Shown: piece by piece, positions 50,158 to 61,000 of the stretch | How positions within the stretch are numbered: the first letter of the stretch is position 1 | Layout of the letters: every line of letters begins with the position of its first letter | DNA from: Corallococcus exiguus | GTDB lineage: Bacteria; Myxococcota; Myxococcia; Myxococcales; Myxococcaceae | Assembly: GCF_009909105.1 (NCBI RefSeq) | Contig: NZ_JAAAPK010000002.1 | Coordinates: 413,827-477,826 of the forward strand | Direction: 5' to 3' | DNA: 64,000 nt | Notes under the pieces: generated by a model | Database searches by the model: none | What the model was told of the DNA's origin: nothing | The model's input: the letters and a program-made list of their open reading frames with translations, nothing else | Position numbers and translations under genes: made by a program

Positions 50158-50194
50158 AGGCCCTCTGGGAAACCAGGGGGCCTTTTTCTTTTCC
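50158..50194 (+). terminator. Rho-independent terminator after the tRNA array; possibly bidirectional
   Basis: AGGCCCTCTGG-gaaa-CCAGGGGGCCT stem-loop followed by TTTTTCTTTT. Confidence 0.6.
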
Positions 50195-50279
50195 CCACCG
50201 GCCTTCCACGAAGGGGCGTGAGGGCGGCCGGGCGGGCTTCCATCGCCTCGTGCGTCCGGTTGGCGCCCTCCGGCCGCGG

Positions 50280-52010
50280 CTAGGGCCACATCTGGAACGG
50301 GCCCTTGATGGCGCAGACCGTCACGCGGGTGGCGGTGTTCTCGCCTTCGGCTCGGTGCTGCACCGAGACGCCGGAGTTGGACGCGGCGGTGAGCCATGCG
50401 GCCGCGGGGTACGCACTCAAGGGCGTGATGTCCGCGGAAGAGAAGGTCTCAGAGGCCTGCCACGTCGTGGTGCCTGGCACGTTCGTGCAGAACATGCTCG
50501 CGGACCTGGTGCCCACCTTGGCGGACGACTGGTTGAAGACGGGGCCATTGCAGAACAAGGCCTGGAACTCCACCCACACCCTGGCCACGTACGTGGCGAC
50601 GACCGAAACCGTCACGACGATGTCCTGCCCGTTCGACGCGGGGGCGATCGTGGCGGTGACGTCGCCGAACTGCACCAGCTGCACCGTCACGTCGAACGTC
50701 TTTTGCGTGACCGTGCCGTCCACCCAGGTCGCCTTCAGGACGTAGGGCGAAGCCAGGGTGGCGGGTGGGGGCAGGTCGATGCCAGGGATGCCGGTGTCGG
50801 GGAGATCCCTGGCACCTGGCGTTATCGGGAGCCGTGCCTTGACCGTCGGCCCCGCCAGGCTGAAGTCGACGCCTGCGCCCTGCACGGACACGGACTGCAC
50901 GTGCGCGACGTCCACATTCAGGAACGTGGTCGGATGGTGGACATCGACGCTCGCCGGCGACGCCGAGAAATCGATGATGTTGAGCGGGATGAAGCCCGGT
51001 ATCGCACTGTCGAGCTCGTGCACCGAGGAATGGAGCTCGTGCGTCGCGGCGTTCGCGTTCGCGAAAGCGTACGCCACGAGATGGGTGCCGCCATGGGAGA
51101 GCACCAGCGAAGCCGAACCGTTGCCTGGCTCATGTCTCGTGCGGACACCGTTGACCTCGATGTAGATGCCATCGGCATCGCGAGTCCGCCACGTCACCGT
51201 GGTCGGCGTCGCGTAGTCGAGCTCGACCGGGTCGCATGTGAACTCCAGCATCTCGGGCAGGGTCACCTGGATGGGAATCTGGAGCGTGCGCGTCGCCGAG
51301 GCCTGCGTCGTAGGGTCGGTGTAGGTCGCGTAGACCGTGAAGGTGGTGTTCCCCATGAGGGGCGGCGAGGTCCACGGACCTGCTTCGACCCGAACAGGGC
51401 TGCCGTTGTCGGTGGCGACGCTGTAGAGGGCGTCGGCGGATCCCGCCCAGGTGAGCGTGACCCCCTCTCCGACCCGGACCTTCACCCGGTCCGCGGCCAG
51501 ATTGGAGAAGAAGAACTGGCTCGGGAACTTGACCGCATCCCAGGACCTGCCGCCGGTCGGCTGCTCGGGGACCTCCGAGCCTCGACCCGCGGCAGCCCAC
51601 TCCTTGAGCACGATCTTCGCGGTGCCAACCACGACGTTCACGGGAATCTTGGCGATCGTGATGCGCAGTGATTGGTCGGATATTTCGACGGGACCGCCGT
51701 CGGGTGTGAAGACGAACCAGCCGTTGGTCAGGGCCGGGGTCCACGTGTCCGTGCCAGTCGACGTGAGGGTCGCGCAATCCCTGGTCAACGGCGACGCGCT
51801 CAGGTTCCATGCCTCGGGCTTTGAACTGTCGACCGGCACATGGATCGCGATCTTCCCGACCTGGATGACCTGTCGCGGCGGCGCGTTGACGGCGAACGTC
51901 AACGACGCCAGCGTCGGGGTCGCCGGGTCCGTGCTGACGTGAATCGTCGCTGGATCCACTTCCAGACCATACGTCAACAGCGGCGGTGGCAGCGTGGGGT
52001 CACCTGGCAT
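50280..52010 (-). CDS. Hypothetical beta-rich protein of about 576 aa with no signal peptide; last gene of the five-gene operon
   Basis: Start re-derived as ATG 52008-52010 (MPGDPTLPPPLL), with AGGAGAGG immediately upstream and an 11-nt gap after the stop of the preceding gene. The track start at 52361 would overlap the upstream gene by 340 nt. High-GC3 frame. Confidence 0.6.
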   Translation of the reverse strand: MPGDPTLPPPLLTYGLEVDPATIHVSTDPATPTLASLTFAVNAPPRQVIQVGKIAIHVPVDSSKPEAWNLSASPLTRDCATLTSTGTDTWTPALTNGWFVFTPDGGPVEISDQSLRITIAKIPVNVVVGTAKIVLKEWAAAGRGSEVPEQPTGGRSWDAVKFPSQFFFSNLAADRVKVRVGEGVTLTWAGSADALYSVATDNGSPVRVEAGPWTSPPLMGNTTFTVYATYTDPTTQASATRTLQIPIQVTLPEMLEFTCDPVELDYATPTTVTWRTRDADGIYIEVNGVRTRHEPGNGSASLVLSHGGTHLVAYAFANANAATHELHSSVHELDSAIPGFIPLNIIDFSASPASVDVHHPTTFLNVDVAHVQSVSVQGAGVDFSLAGPTVKARLPITPGARDLPDTGIPGIDLPPPATLASPYVLKATWVDGTVTQKTFDVTVQLVQFGDVTATIAPASNGQDIVVTVSVVATYVARVWVEFQALFCNGPVFNQSSAKVGTRSASMFCTNVPGTTTWQASETFSSADITPLSAYPAAAWLTAASNSGVSVQHRAEGENTATRVTVCAIKGPFQMWP

Positions 52011-52021
52011 CGAAACCTCTC

Positions 52022-55000
52022 CTATTGCGAATCGTCGGTCAGTGAGATGCCGCTCAGTTGCAGCTGTCCTTCCCGCAGGGTCGGTGCGGTCGTCACCACC
52101 GGCGCCGACGCGTCCGTCGGCGCGAGCGGACGCTGCTGCCATTGCTGCCGCGAGTCCTGCTCGAGCCATTGCCAGCGGCCCCGGCGTTCGGCGGGCTTCG
52201 GCAACTGCAGGCCCGACACGGGAACCGTGGCCCCATCGGGCAGCACGGATTGCTCGTGGACCAGGGCCGGACCGACCCGGAACGTCGCGGACATGCCCGC
52301 GAGCGCGGCATCCACCCAGCCACGAGGCAACGCGAGTTCCTTGACCGGCAGGATCCCGCATTGCGCGTGAACGCTCCCCCGTGGATCGATCAGCATCATA
52401 AGTGACGCTGGCGTCCCTGCGCCCTTGGCCGCGAACGACAGCTTCACGGAGGTGTCCGGGCCCATCTGCTTCAGGTAGCCGGCGGGCTCCGGCTCGCCGT
52501 TCCCCGACGCAGGGACGTGGATGGCATTGAAGGTCGTGTAGACGCCCTTGTCGAAGTACCCGACGAGGCCGTCCTCCTGATAGCCGAGATCACCCAGGCG
52601 TACCGGAAAGCGGTAGCCCAGCAGGGCCGGGTCCGGCGGTGTCTTCTCGAAGGTGTATGGCCAGTCGAGATCGCGCACGACCTCGGTCTCCAGCTCCAGT
52701 GAGAGCCGCGTCTCCACCAGGGCCAGCGGCCGGCCGAGGAGCACCGAGAGGTACGCGTCACCGCGCGCGCCCATTGGATCGATGGACCAGAGCGTTTCGT
52801 CCACGCCCCTGAGGAACTCCGCCAGCACGGCTCCGCCACGCTGCTTCAACGTGACCAGGACCTGGATGAAGTCATCCTGCGTCTGCTCGGGGTCTGCGGG
52901 CAGTACCGGCAACGGAGAGCCCGGTGCCGGCAGCCACTCCGCGCGGCTGGAGTCCATCGCCGCCCGCAGCTCGCCATAGGCGATGCCTTCCGCCGAGTAC
53001 GCGGTCAGCGCTCCGTCCAGGTGATTGGGCAGGAGCCAGCCGACGATGGCCGTGGCGCGGTCGCCGCACACCAGCTCCATGTTCAGCCTGGCGGGCTGCA
53101 GCAGTCGCGGCGGCAACTGGGCGAAGCGCGACGAACCGTCGAGTGGCACCGCGGGCGTGAGCCCGTCCGACAGCACGGGCGCGAACACCTGCACGTCGAC
53201 CTGGCCCGGCAGCGGATACGCGAACCGAGGCAGCGCATCCGCTGTCGACGACGGCACGACGACGTCGCACGCCTGGCCGAAGGCGTCGATCAGCGTGAGC
53301 TGCTGGAGTGCAAGCTGGCCGGCCCGCATGCCCTCGAAGCTCGACGGCGGCGGAAACGTGTCCTCATCCGGATCGGACCGTTGTGGATTCGGCGGATGCC
53401 GGGCCTCGTCGCCCACGAGCGCGCCAATCGTCTCCGGACTGTCTTGCAGGGGCTGGTTGACCGAATGGGCGGTGGCCATCGCGGAGCGGCCCTCGAGCTG
53501 GGCCTGAAGCCCGCTGAGCCGCTGGGACATCAGCTGCCACGAGTCGAGACCGTCGAACAGGTTGTCGAGCGCCCGCAGCGACGCCGTCGCCGGGCTGTCC
53601 GGGTAGTCGCTGACGAACTGCGCGATGCGTGTCCGGAGCTCGGTGGCTGGCCGAGAGGTGAGGATCGACCGTCCGGTGTACGTCCGCGACTGCCGCGTCG
53701 TCGGCTTCGGGTTGACGAGTTGGTAGTCGAGACCGTCGAAGGCCCAGTTCGACGTCTTGCCGTCATCCTGCATCAGCGGGATGGGGACCCATTGCACCTC
53801 CCAGTCCAGGTACATCGGCCGCCACGGTTGCCTCCACGGGAAGGGCGGTGACAGGGCCGGGGCGACACCGGCGCCCATGACCGTTGGCGGCGGTGGCGCG
53901 TCCGAGACGGACGGTCGTGCCTGGCCCATCGCCTTCGCGGCCCACCCGAGGTTGCCGGGATCGAGCAGGAGGAACTCGGCGAAGAGGGCGGGCGCCATGG
54001 CGGGAAGGTTCGTCCACGGCGGCGCGGTGACCGCCGCCAGCAGCGACGCGGCGTCCGCGGCGAACGTCCCGCCGGTGGCCGCGCTTCCGGCGACGGCCTG
54101 GGTGACGACCTCGGAGGGCCAGCGGCACGGCAGGAGCTCGGGCGCGGGCATCTCCGTGGGCCCGGTGTTCGACAGCACCACGACCGGGTCGACCGCCGAC
54201 CAGAAGCGCGGGTTCGCGCTCGCCTTGAGGACTCGCGACGCGGGCAGCTTGCCGGCGGCGAACGCCGCGATCGCGTCCACGCTCGACTTCGTCGAGGTGG
54301 CATCCGGCACGAGCGGACTGAGCGCGGCGATCCGGTCCAGCTGCTCCTTCACGCTTCGGGCGAGGCCCTGGATGGCCGGAGCGAACTGAACCGGCGTCGT
54401 CCCCCAGGGATCCGACAATCCGTCGGACTGATCATCGAGCGTCTTCTTGAAGGCCATGTCGAACAGCTGCTGCTGGAGATGGCGCAGCGTCCGCGTGGCC
54501 TCGTCGAGCTGCGTCTGCGTCTCGTTCAGGCCCTGGAGCCAGGCTGCCTCCGCGGCCCGTGCTTCCGCGCTCTGCCGCACGCGCGCCGCGCCATCGGGCG
54601 TCGACTCGGCGTCGACGATCGTCCACGTGGTGCCCCCCGGCGTGGACGCGAACCAGCGGCTGCGAATCGTCTGTTCGACCATCGCCTCCGCGCCGGGGTG
54701 TTGCAGCATCGGCAGCACACCGTACTGGAATGCCTCCAGCAGGTCGGCCGCCGCGTCCGCGGTCAGGCCCTGCGGGGGCGTCGTCATCGCCGATATCGCG
54801 GCACGCGCGAACGCGACCATGCCGTCGATGCTGGTGTTGCCGAGGGCGACGGTCGGCCGGAGCGTGTCCTGTCGCGAGACAGGCGGCGCCGTGCCCGGCC
54901 ATGGAACGCCGAACACGGCGCCGTGATACAGCGACGCGCAGGTGCTCGGTCCAGTCTTGTCCGTCATCGCGCTGACGCTCCACTTGAGCGCCTTCAGCGC

Positions 55001-55750
55001 GGCGAGGAAGTCCGGCCGCCCGTCATCTGGCGCCGTGGCGCGAACGTCGTCCCTGGTGAGAGGCGGAACCGCGCGTCCCGGCGTCAGGATGTCCCACGCA
55101 GGCTGTGAGTACCAACCGGTGACGAAGTAGCTGAGGGTGCCATCGGCCATGGCGTCCTTCGACAGCGGGTCGAAGATCGAGAACACGTCCGCGTTGAACG
55201 GCTGGTGCGTCGCGAACGCCGGGTTGCTCTCGGCCACCGCTGTCAGGAAGTAATCCTCCTGTGGGGCGGGCTCCTGCCACGGCGTCGCCGCATCCAGGTG
55301 GATGCGACGGCCAATCGACGTGGGCATCCTGGTGACGGGATGGATGTACGGCGACGTGCCCTCCGGGCCAAGGAAGTCGCTTTCGACGATCCACGCGGTG
55401 ATGGCTGGAGGTGCCGCCGGGTCGGCTGTCTTCGCGCGGAACGCACGCACGACCAGCCAGCGATTGGGCACCTTGCGGAAATCGATCGACTTCCCGTCGT
55501 GGGTGCCGTGTCGCAAGCCTTTCGGCAGCGTCCACATCACGTAGGCGCCGTGGTTGACGTAGTGCTGCTGGGAGTCCATTCGGCTGGCGAAGGTGCCTCC
55601 GGCATCGTCGCCCAGCGGAGGCGGCGAGGGATCCTCGCCGGGTGCCAGGTTCGAGTAGCGCATGCCCGCGCGCACGAAGCGCATGCCAGGGTTGTTGACG
55701 ACCATCGCCTGGACGTCGGTGGGCACGAGCAGCGGCCCGGGGGCGTTCAT
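52022..55750 (-). CDS. Hypothetical large protein, 1242 aa, no signal peptide and no recognisable motif
   Basis: Long high-GC3 ORF. Its ATG overlaps the stop of the upstream gene in an ATGA at 55747-55750. Confidence 0.65.
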   Translation of the reverse strand: MNAPGPLLVPTDVQAMVVNNPGMRFVRAGMRYSNLAPGEDPSPPPLGDDAGGTFASRMDSQQHYVNHGAYVMWTLPKGLRHGTHDGKSIDFRKVPNRWLVVRAFRAKTADPAAPPAITAWIVESDFLGPEGTSPYIHPVTRMPTSIGRRIHLDAATPWQEPAPQEDYFLTAVAESNPAFATHQPFNADVFSIFDPLSKDAMADGTLSYFVTGWYSQPAWDILTPGRAVPPLTRDDVRATAPDDGRPDFLAALKALKWSVSAMTDKTGPSTCASLYHGAVFGVPWPGTAPPVSRQDTLRPTVALGNTSIDGMVAFARAAISAMTTPPQGLTADAAADLLEAFQYGVLPMLQHPGAEAMVEQTIRSRWFASTPGGTTWTIVDAESTPDGAARVRQSAEARAAEAAWLQGLNETQTQLDEATRTLRHLQQQLFDMAFKKTLDDQSDGLSDPWGTTPVQFAPAIQGLARSVKEQLDRIAALSPLVPDATSTKSSVDAIAAFAAGKLPASRVLKASANPRFWSAVDPVVVLSNTGPTEMPAPELLPCRWPSEVVTQAVAGSAATGGTFAADAASLLAAVTAPPWTNLPAMAPALFAEFLLLDPGNLGWAAKAMGQARPSVSDAPPPPTVMGAGVAPALSPPFPWRQPWRPMYLDWEVQWVPIPLMQDDGKTSNWAFDGLDYQLVNPKPTTRQSRTYTGRSILTSRPATELRTRIAQFVSDYPDSPATASLRALDNLFDGLDSWQLMSQRLSGLQAQLEGRSAMATAHSVNQPLQDSPETIGALVGDEARHPPNPQRSDPDEDTFPPPSSFEGMRAGQLALQQLTLIDAFGQACDVVVPSSTADALPRFAYPLPGQVDVQVFAPVLSDGLTPAVPLDGSSRFAQLPPRLLQPARLNMELVCGDRATAIVGWLLPNHLDGALTAYSAEGIAYGELRAAMDSSRAEWLPAPGSPLPVLPADPEQTQDDFIQVLVTLKQRGGAVLAEFLRGVDETLWSIDPMGARGDAYLSVLLGRPLALVETRLSLELETEVVRDLDWPYTFEKTPPDPALLGYRFPVRLGDLGYQEDGLVGYFDKGVYTTFNAIHVPASGNGEPEPAGYLKQMGPDTSVKLSFAAKGAGTPASLMMLIDPRGSVHAQCGILPVKELALPRGWVDAALAGMSATFRVGPALVHEQSVLPDGATVPVSGLQLPKPAERRGRWQWLEQDSRQQWQQRPLAPTDASAPVVTTAPTLREGQLQLSGISLTDDSQ

Positions 55751-58041
55751 GGCCGCTCCGGTGCGGGAACAACCTGCGGTGGGCGCAGCGCGAACACGAT
55801 CTCCTCCGGTCCCTTGACCATCTGCAACGCGAACTGAGCCGGCCCCACGGTGACGGGGTACCCTATCGCGCTCAGCGCCTGTTCGAGCCTGTTCACCAGA
55901 TCATCGCCGTGCGACGCGCGGAGGTTGAGGACGCGCCGGCCGCCGGACCGCAGCGTCGGCGTGTCGACGCCGGGGTGCTGCGGGTCATAGATCGACACCG
56001 GCTTGTCCTGGTGCTCCTTCGCGACCCCGTCAACGACCCCTCGCGGCTGGATCTGACCTTCGTCGTCCACCCCGAACTCCAGTCCTTCGCAGGGCTCCGA
56101 GAGGATGACGGTGTCCGGGATGCCATTGAACACCGCGATGAGCACATCGGGCGCCAGATGATCGAGCCGGAGCAGCGGAACCTCCGTGCCGGCCGCCATG
56201 CCCTTGACGCCAACGCCGGGCCAGCCGACGACGAGCGACGAGCGCACGAGCAGGCCGGTCGTGGTGTCGGCGAATGCCGTCGGCGCGGGCCGCCGCAGTC
56301 GCGTGGCCCTCGCGGCCAGGGCGGAAGCATGGGCCATCCGCTCGAGCTCGGTGGTGAGCGCCCCCTGCAGGGCCGACTCGTGGCTCGTGCTGAGACCGAT
56401 GGAGAGCGCGCCGTCGATCATCGCGTCGATCCAGCGGGTATCGACGAAGAAGAAGCGGATGGACTCCGGTGGCAACATGCGGAAGTCCGGCACGAGGTGC
56501 GCGAAGGGCACGCCGACGAGCAGGCGGCGGTCACCCAGCCAGGCCGAGACCGTCGGAGCATCGGGATCGTCGCTGAGATTCGCCGCGATCGTCGCGAGCG
56601 CGTCGGGCCGCGCCAGCATCGCCTGCATGGCGTTGGCCGGCGATCCGCTCGAAGGCGCGCGCCGTCGCGGTGCCGGTGGCGCGGCCCCGCCCGGAACGCT
56701 CCCGAACCCGTCGAGCGCGGTCGACGCGAACAACGTGGCCAGCGGTGAGTGCGCGTGCGCGCTCGGGGCGACTGGCGTGGACGTGTCCTGGTGCACCATG
56801 CGGCTGACGGTGTTGCGTGCGCGCTGACGCATCCGCGACAGGGCCACGGCGAAGGTCTCGCTGGACAGCGCCAGGCCGCGGCCGCACTGCCAGGCGGCTG
56901 ACAGGCTGTGATCGAAAACGCCGCGGGTCGGATCGAAGATGGCGCCGGCGGAGGCGCTCGGCATCGGTGCGCGGGCGCCGGCGGCCGGGAGGTTCGGCAC
57001 GAGCGGTCCCCGATACCAGGCGAACGCGTCTTCTCCCGTCGGGGCGTGGTAGCCGAGCGCGACATAGCCGTCGGACAGCCGCTGCCGCGCGGTCATGACG
57101 GCGGCATCGGCGCCGTCGCTGGCGGGCGGCACCGGCAGCCGGAGCGTGAGCGCGGCGGGATCGCGCCGCGTGGCGCCAGCGAAGGCGAGGTTCCTGGCCA
57201 GCCCGCTGAACCGTTGGGATGGGTCGGGCAGGCACGAGAACGTCCAACTGCAGAGCGAGACCATCTTCACCCGCGATTCTCGCGGTTGGACGGGGGTGTC
57301 GCCGCTCAACAGATCTCCGAAGCCCTCCAGCGACACGAGGTGGACGATGGCCTTCGCGCCTCGCGTCGGCGTACCGGGCCGCGGAAAGCGGTTGGCCACG
57401 ACGACGGAGAACCAGTCGTGATCGAGCAGGTCCAGCAGCTTCTTGTTGCTGACGTCGACCTGTCGCGAGTGCGCCAGGTACGGCAGCTCACGCGCCGTTG
57501 GCACGATGGCGGCGAACGTCGCGTTCGACATCGTGATCACCCGGCAGGCGAGCACCTGTTCTTCATCGGTGGCGGTCAGCACGGGGATTCGCGTGTCGGC
57601 TGAGCCCATCTGAAGGAGCGCGCCGACGGTGGTCGTGCTGGCGTAGTTGGCGGTCTCCGCCGCCGTGGCATCGCCTGGGGGACCCTCGGCCACGAGCTCG
57701 CCTTCGTCGAAGACGAGCAAGGCCACCCAGGGGACCGTCCTGTCGAACGAGGAGACAAGGCGCTCCCACGGCAGCAGTCGCTTGCCGAGGACGAGGTGCG
57801 GCAACACCTCCGCGTACTGGCTGGTCGAGCCCTTGGGCGGGAATCGGGCGTGGAGGTCCGCCGGATCCAGGGTGAAGCGCGGTCCGTCCACGATGAGGGT
57901 CTGCGACACCGACTCAATCGCCGTGTCGGGCGCGTCCAGCGTGTGGTCGATCTTCAGGGTGTACTGACCGGCCTGGACCCCTGGCAGGTATGCGTCCACG
58001 AACAACATCTGCCCGAGCGGGGTATCGAACGGATCGCTCAT
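55747..58041 (-). CDS. Hypothetical protein, 764 aa, no signal peptide
   Basis: Long high-GC3 ORF beginning 9 nt after the stop of the giant upstream gene. Confidence 0.65.
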   Translation of the reverse strand: MSDPFDTPLGQMLFVDAYLPGVQAGQYTLKIDHTLDAPDTAIESVSQTLIVDGPRFTLDPADLHARFPPKGSTSQYAEVLPHLVLGKRLLPWERLVSSFDRTVPWVALLVFDEGELVAEGPPGDATAAETANYASTTTVGALLQMGSADTRIPVLTATDEEQVLACRVITMSNATFAAIVPTARELPYLAHSRQVDVSNKKLLDLLDHDWFSVVVANRFPRPGTPTRGAKAIVHLVSLEGFGDLLSGDTPVQPRESRVKMVSLCSWTFSCLPDPSQRFSGLARNLAFAGATRRDPAALTLRLPVPPASDGADAAVMTARQRLSDGYVALGYHAPTGEDAFAWYRGPLVPNLPAAGARAPMPSASAGAIFDPTRGVFDHSLSAAWQCGRGLALSSETFAVALSRMRQRARNTVSRMVHQDTSTPVAPSAHAHSPLATLFASTALDGFGSVPGGAAPPAPRRRAPSSGSPANAMQAMLARPDALATIAANLSDDPDAPTVSAWLGDRRLLVGVPFAHLVPDFRMLPPESIRFFFVDTRWIDAMIDGALSIGLSTSHESALQGALTTELERMAHASALAARATRLRRPAPTAFADTTTGLLVRSSLVVGWPGVGVKGMAAGTEVPLLRLDHLAPDVLIAVFNGIPDTVILSEPCEGLEFGVDDEGQIQPRGVVDGVAKEHQDKPVSIYDPQHPGVDTPTLRSGGRRVLNLRASHGDDLVNRLEQALSAIGYPVTVGPAQFALQMVKGPEEIVFALRPPQVVPAPERP

Positions 58042-58050
58042 GTCGCGGGC

Positions 58051-61000
58051 TCACCCAATGGAGGCGGCGGTAAGGGGAGTGTCAGTGAGCAGGACGTCGG
58101 CCTGCGCCGCGAACAACGACAGGGGATCCGACGTCGGGGGGGCCGCGTTCAGGCTGGCAAGAGCCGCGACGAGCGCCTGTTGCGCCGTGCGGACGTCGTC
58201 ATCCACCGCCTTGCGGATCGCCGCCAACACCCCTGGGTCCGCCGTGGGCGCTGGCGTCGACGGCCGCTGGGTGGAGACGTCCAGGGGCAGCGCGCCAGTG
58301 CCGAGCTCGGTGACGAGCGTCGCCGGTTCGACGGGGCCCGCCATGTCACCGGAGAGCCCCGAGCGCGGCGCGGTGAACGAGACGCCGGTCGGCAGATCGG
58401 GGATCATCACCGCGGTCGGCAACGGCGCGGCGCCGGCAGCCAGCGGTGCTCCCCAGAGTGCTTCCGGCAGGCTGCACGTGACGACCGTCGGCGCCCAGTT
58501 CGACAGGTCGCAGTCTCCTTCCGGCGAGCTCAGCCTGACCGTATGCGTCGCCGTCACGCCGGCCAGACCCATCGGGCGGATGTTGATCGACGCAGGAGCG
58601 GACGACGGCCGCGGGAAGGTCTTGTTCGCGGTGCTCTCCGACGAACCTGGCACCGTGTAGGAATACTGCAGGCAACTGGCCGGCACCGCGGAGTGGGTGG
58701 TGAACATCAGCTCGTCGGCGCGGACGATCCAGATGTCGCCGTCGCGGCGGATGAGCCCACGACCGATCTCGCGGGTCAGGATCGCCGGCTCGCGCGAGTC
58801 CGCTTGGGCGGCCGTAGGCGCCGCCTGACCCGTGGCGGTCGGCAGCAGCGTCTTCATCCGTGACCAGTCGAGCCGCAGGGCGGAGCTGTCCGGCGGATCC
58901 GCACCGAAGGAGATGTTGAAGGAGCAGATCGCCAGATCGATGTGGACCGTCCCGCCGGTCGGCGGTCCCCAGAGCGTCAACGTCGCGTCCAGTTCCACCG
59001 AGAGGGTGACGCTGGTGAAGCCCAGGTTCAGCCGATACGAGGCGCCGATGCCGACGCCGATGTCCGCCTGGAAGAAGAACGGCTTCCAGCGGATCATGAT
59101 GTCGGCATAGGCGGTGAACCACGCCCGCAGGTCGCCGGCATGGAAGAGCACCTCGAGGCTGCCGCCCGCCATGATCGCGGTGGGCGTCAGCGCGAAGTAC
59201 GACCCGCCCTTGACCACGACGGCGCTGCTGACCGACCAGTTGTAGCCGACCCGTGCCGGCCGCGGGTACCAGTCCGGGATGGTGAACGCCGGGTGGTAGC
59301 CGCCGATCGCCAGCACGAAGTCACCGGCATACTGGCTCTTGCCGAACCACAGACAAAAACCGAAGCCGCCGGTGAGTCGCAGGGCGCGCGTGAGGAGGAA
59401 CGAGTTCGGCGTCAGCGAGGCGAGCACGCTGAACGTACCGCCGTCGACGTCGAGCGTCGCCTCGAGCTGCAGCTCCGCGTATGCATAGGCCGAGTCCGGC
59501 GATGCGCCCTGCGGCAGGCTCGCGCTGGCCAGCCCCAACAGCGCCACCTCGAAGCCGTGGCCGAACGTCACCACCACCAGGGCCCGTCCCAGGATCAGCT
59601 CGAACGACCGGAACATCACGCCCGCCGCGATCCAGCCATCCCCCGCCGAGGGGGTGAGCACGGCCGCCTTCCCGCCAGTGCCGTCGAGGGCGTCGAGCAC
59701 GTCGAGCGGCGCGGACGCCGACCCGAGCACCATGGGATCCACGAGCCCCGCCACGAACGGGAATTGATCCACCGCGTCGACGGCGGGCAGAAGCAGCCGT
59801 GAGTTGTAGCCAAAGCCGCCCATCAGCCCGACGACGAAGAACGGCGGTGGCCCGCCGAGCGCGCCAACGACCTGCGCGAAGATGAACAAGGAGGGGCTGC
59901 CGCCCGTCTCCGCGTAGCCCGCCACGCCGCTGATCAGGTAGGGCGGCACCTCGATCGTCACCGCCCCGGCGTATTCGTGGGTGACGCCTGCGCGCTTCGT
60001 ATCGACGCGGAGCAGCGCGCCGTCGATCGCGACCGGCCCCGCGTCGAAGGCCACCGAGAGACCGTCGAGTTGGACCTCCGGCTCGAAGGACGCCAGGGGC
60101 GACCCGAGCCCGAGCCCGTCGAGCCCGAGCGTCAGCGGGCCGAAGGAGAGCGCCGCGTCGAGTAGGAAGAACAGGCTGCCGCCCGAGTACTGCAGACCGA
60201 TCCGCCGGAGTGAGATCGGGCCGAGCGTCTTCTGGAGATCGAACCACTTCGTGGTCCCGCCCGAAGCCCCGGCGGGCGCCGCGGAGGAGGAAGCGGCCCT
60301 GACGCGCGCCGTCGCCTGCCGGCCGCCGTCGCTCGGGTCGGAGAGGCCCAACCGCACGGGGTGCACCGCGTCGCCGCAACGCACGTCCGCGCTGACGCTG
60401 ACGCCCGCCGGCAGGTCTCCCGACGGGAACGGCGTGACGCCGGAGGGCAGCTGGGGGTTGAGCGCCGCGACCTGCGCGGCGCTCAAGGCCGAGGAGCAGT
60501 ACGTCACCTGCAATCCGTCGATGGACAGATCGAGGTCCGGCGGCAGCATGTGGCCCACGACCGGCAGGTCGGACAGCCCCACGGTCATCTTCAGGTCGAG
60601 CCCGAAGGCGAACGACGCGCCCGCGTCGGTGTCCCCCGTCTTTCGGGCGAAGACCAGCTTGGCGTCTTCCAGGTCGATGTCGATGTCCGCCGGCACGTCC
60701 GCCGCCAGGGCGGGTGACACCGCGGCAATCAGCCTTTGCAGGCTGATATGGGACGGGGCTCCCGGTTGCTGGCTGTAGCTGGCGATGAAGCTCGTCGCCG
60801 CCGGGTCCTTGTCGAATCCCAGTGTGAAGCGCAGCGGCCCCACCTGCAGCGTTCCGCCGAACGCGTAGGTGTATTCCGCGTCCTTCTTCGTCAGGTCGAT
60901 CGACAGCAACAGCTTGATCGGCTCGGACTCCACAGTGGTTTCCAGCGAGCAGGCGAATGACGCATTGCCGGAGTGCGTGTCGACGTGCACCTGCACGGCA

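Noticed and set aside
52011-52361. Upstream extension of the last island gene (the track start at 52361)
   Set aside because: It would overlap the upstream 1242-aa gene by 340 nt. The internal ATG 52010 has the RBS AGGAGAGG.
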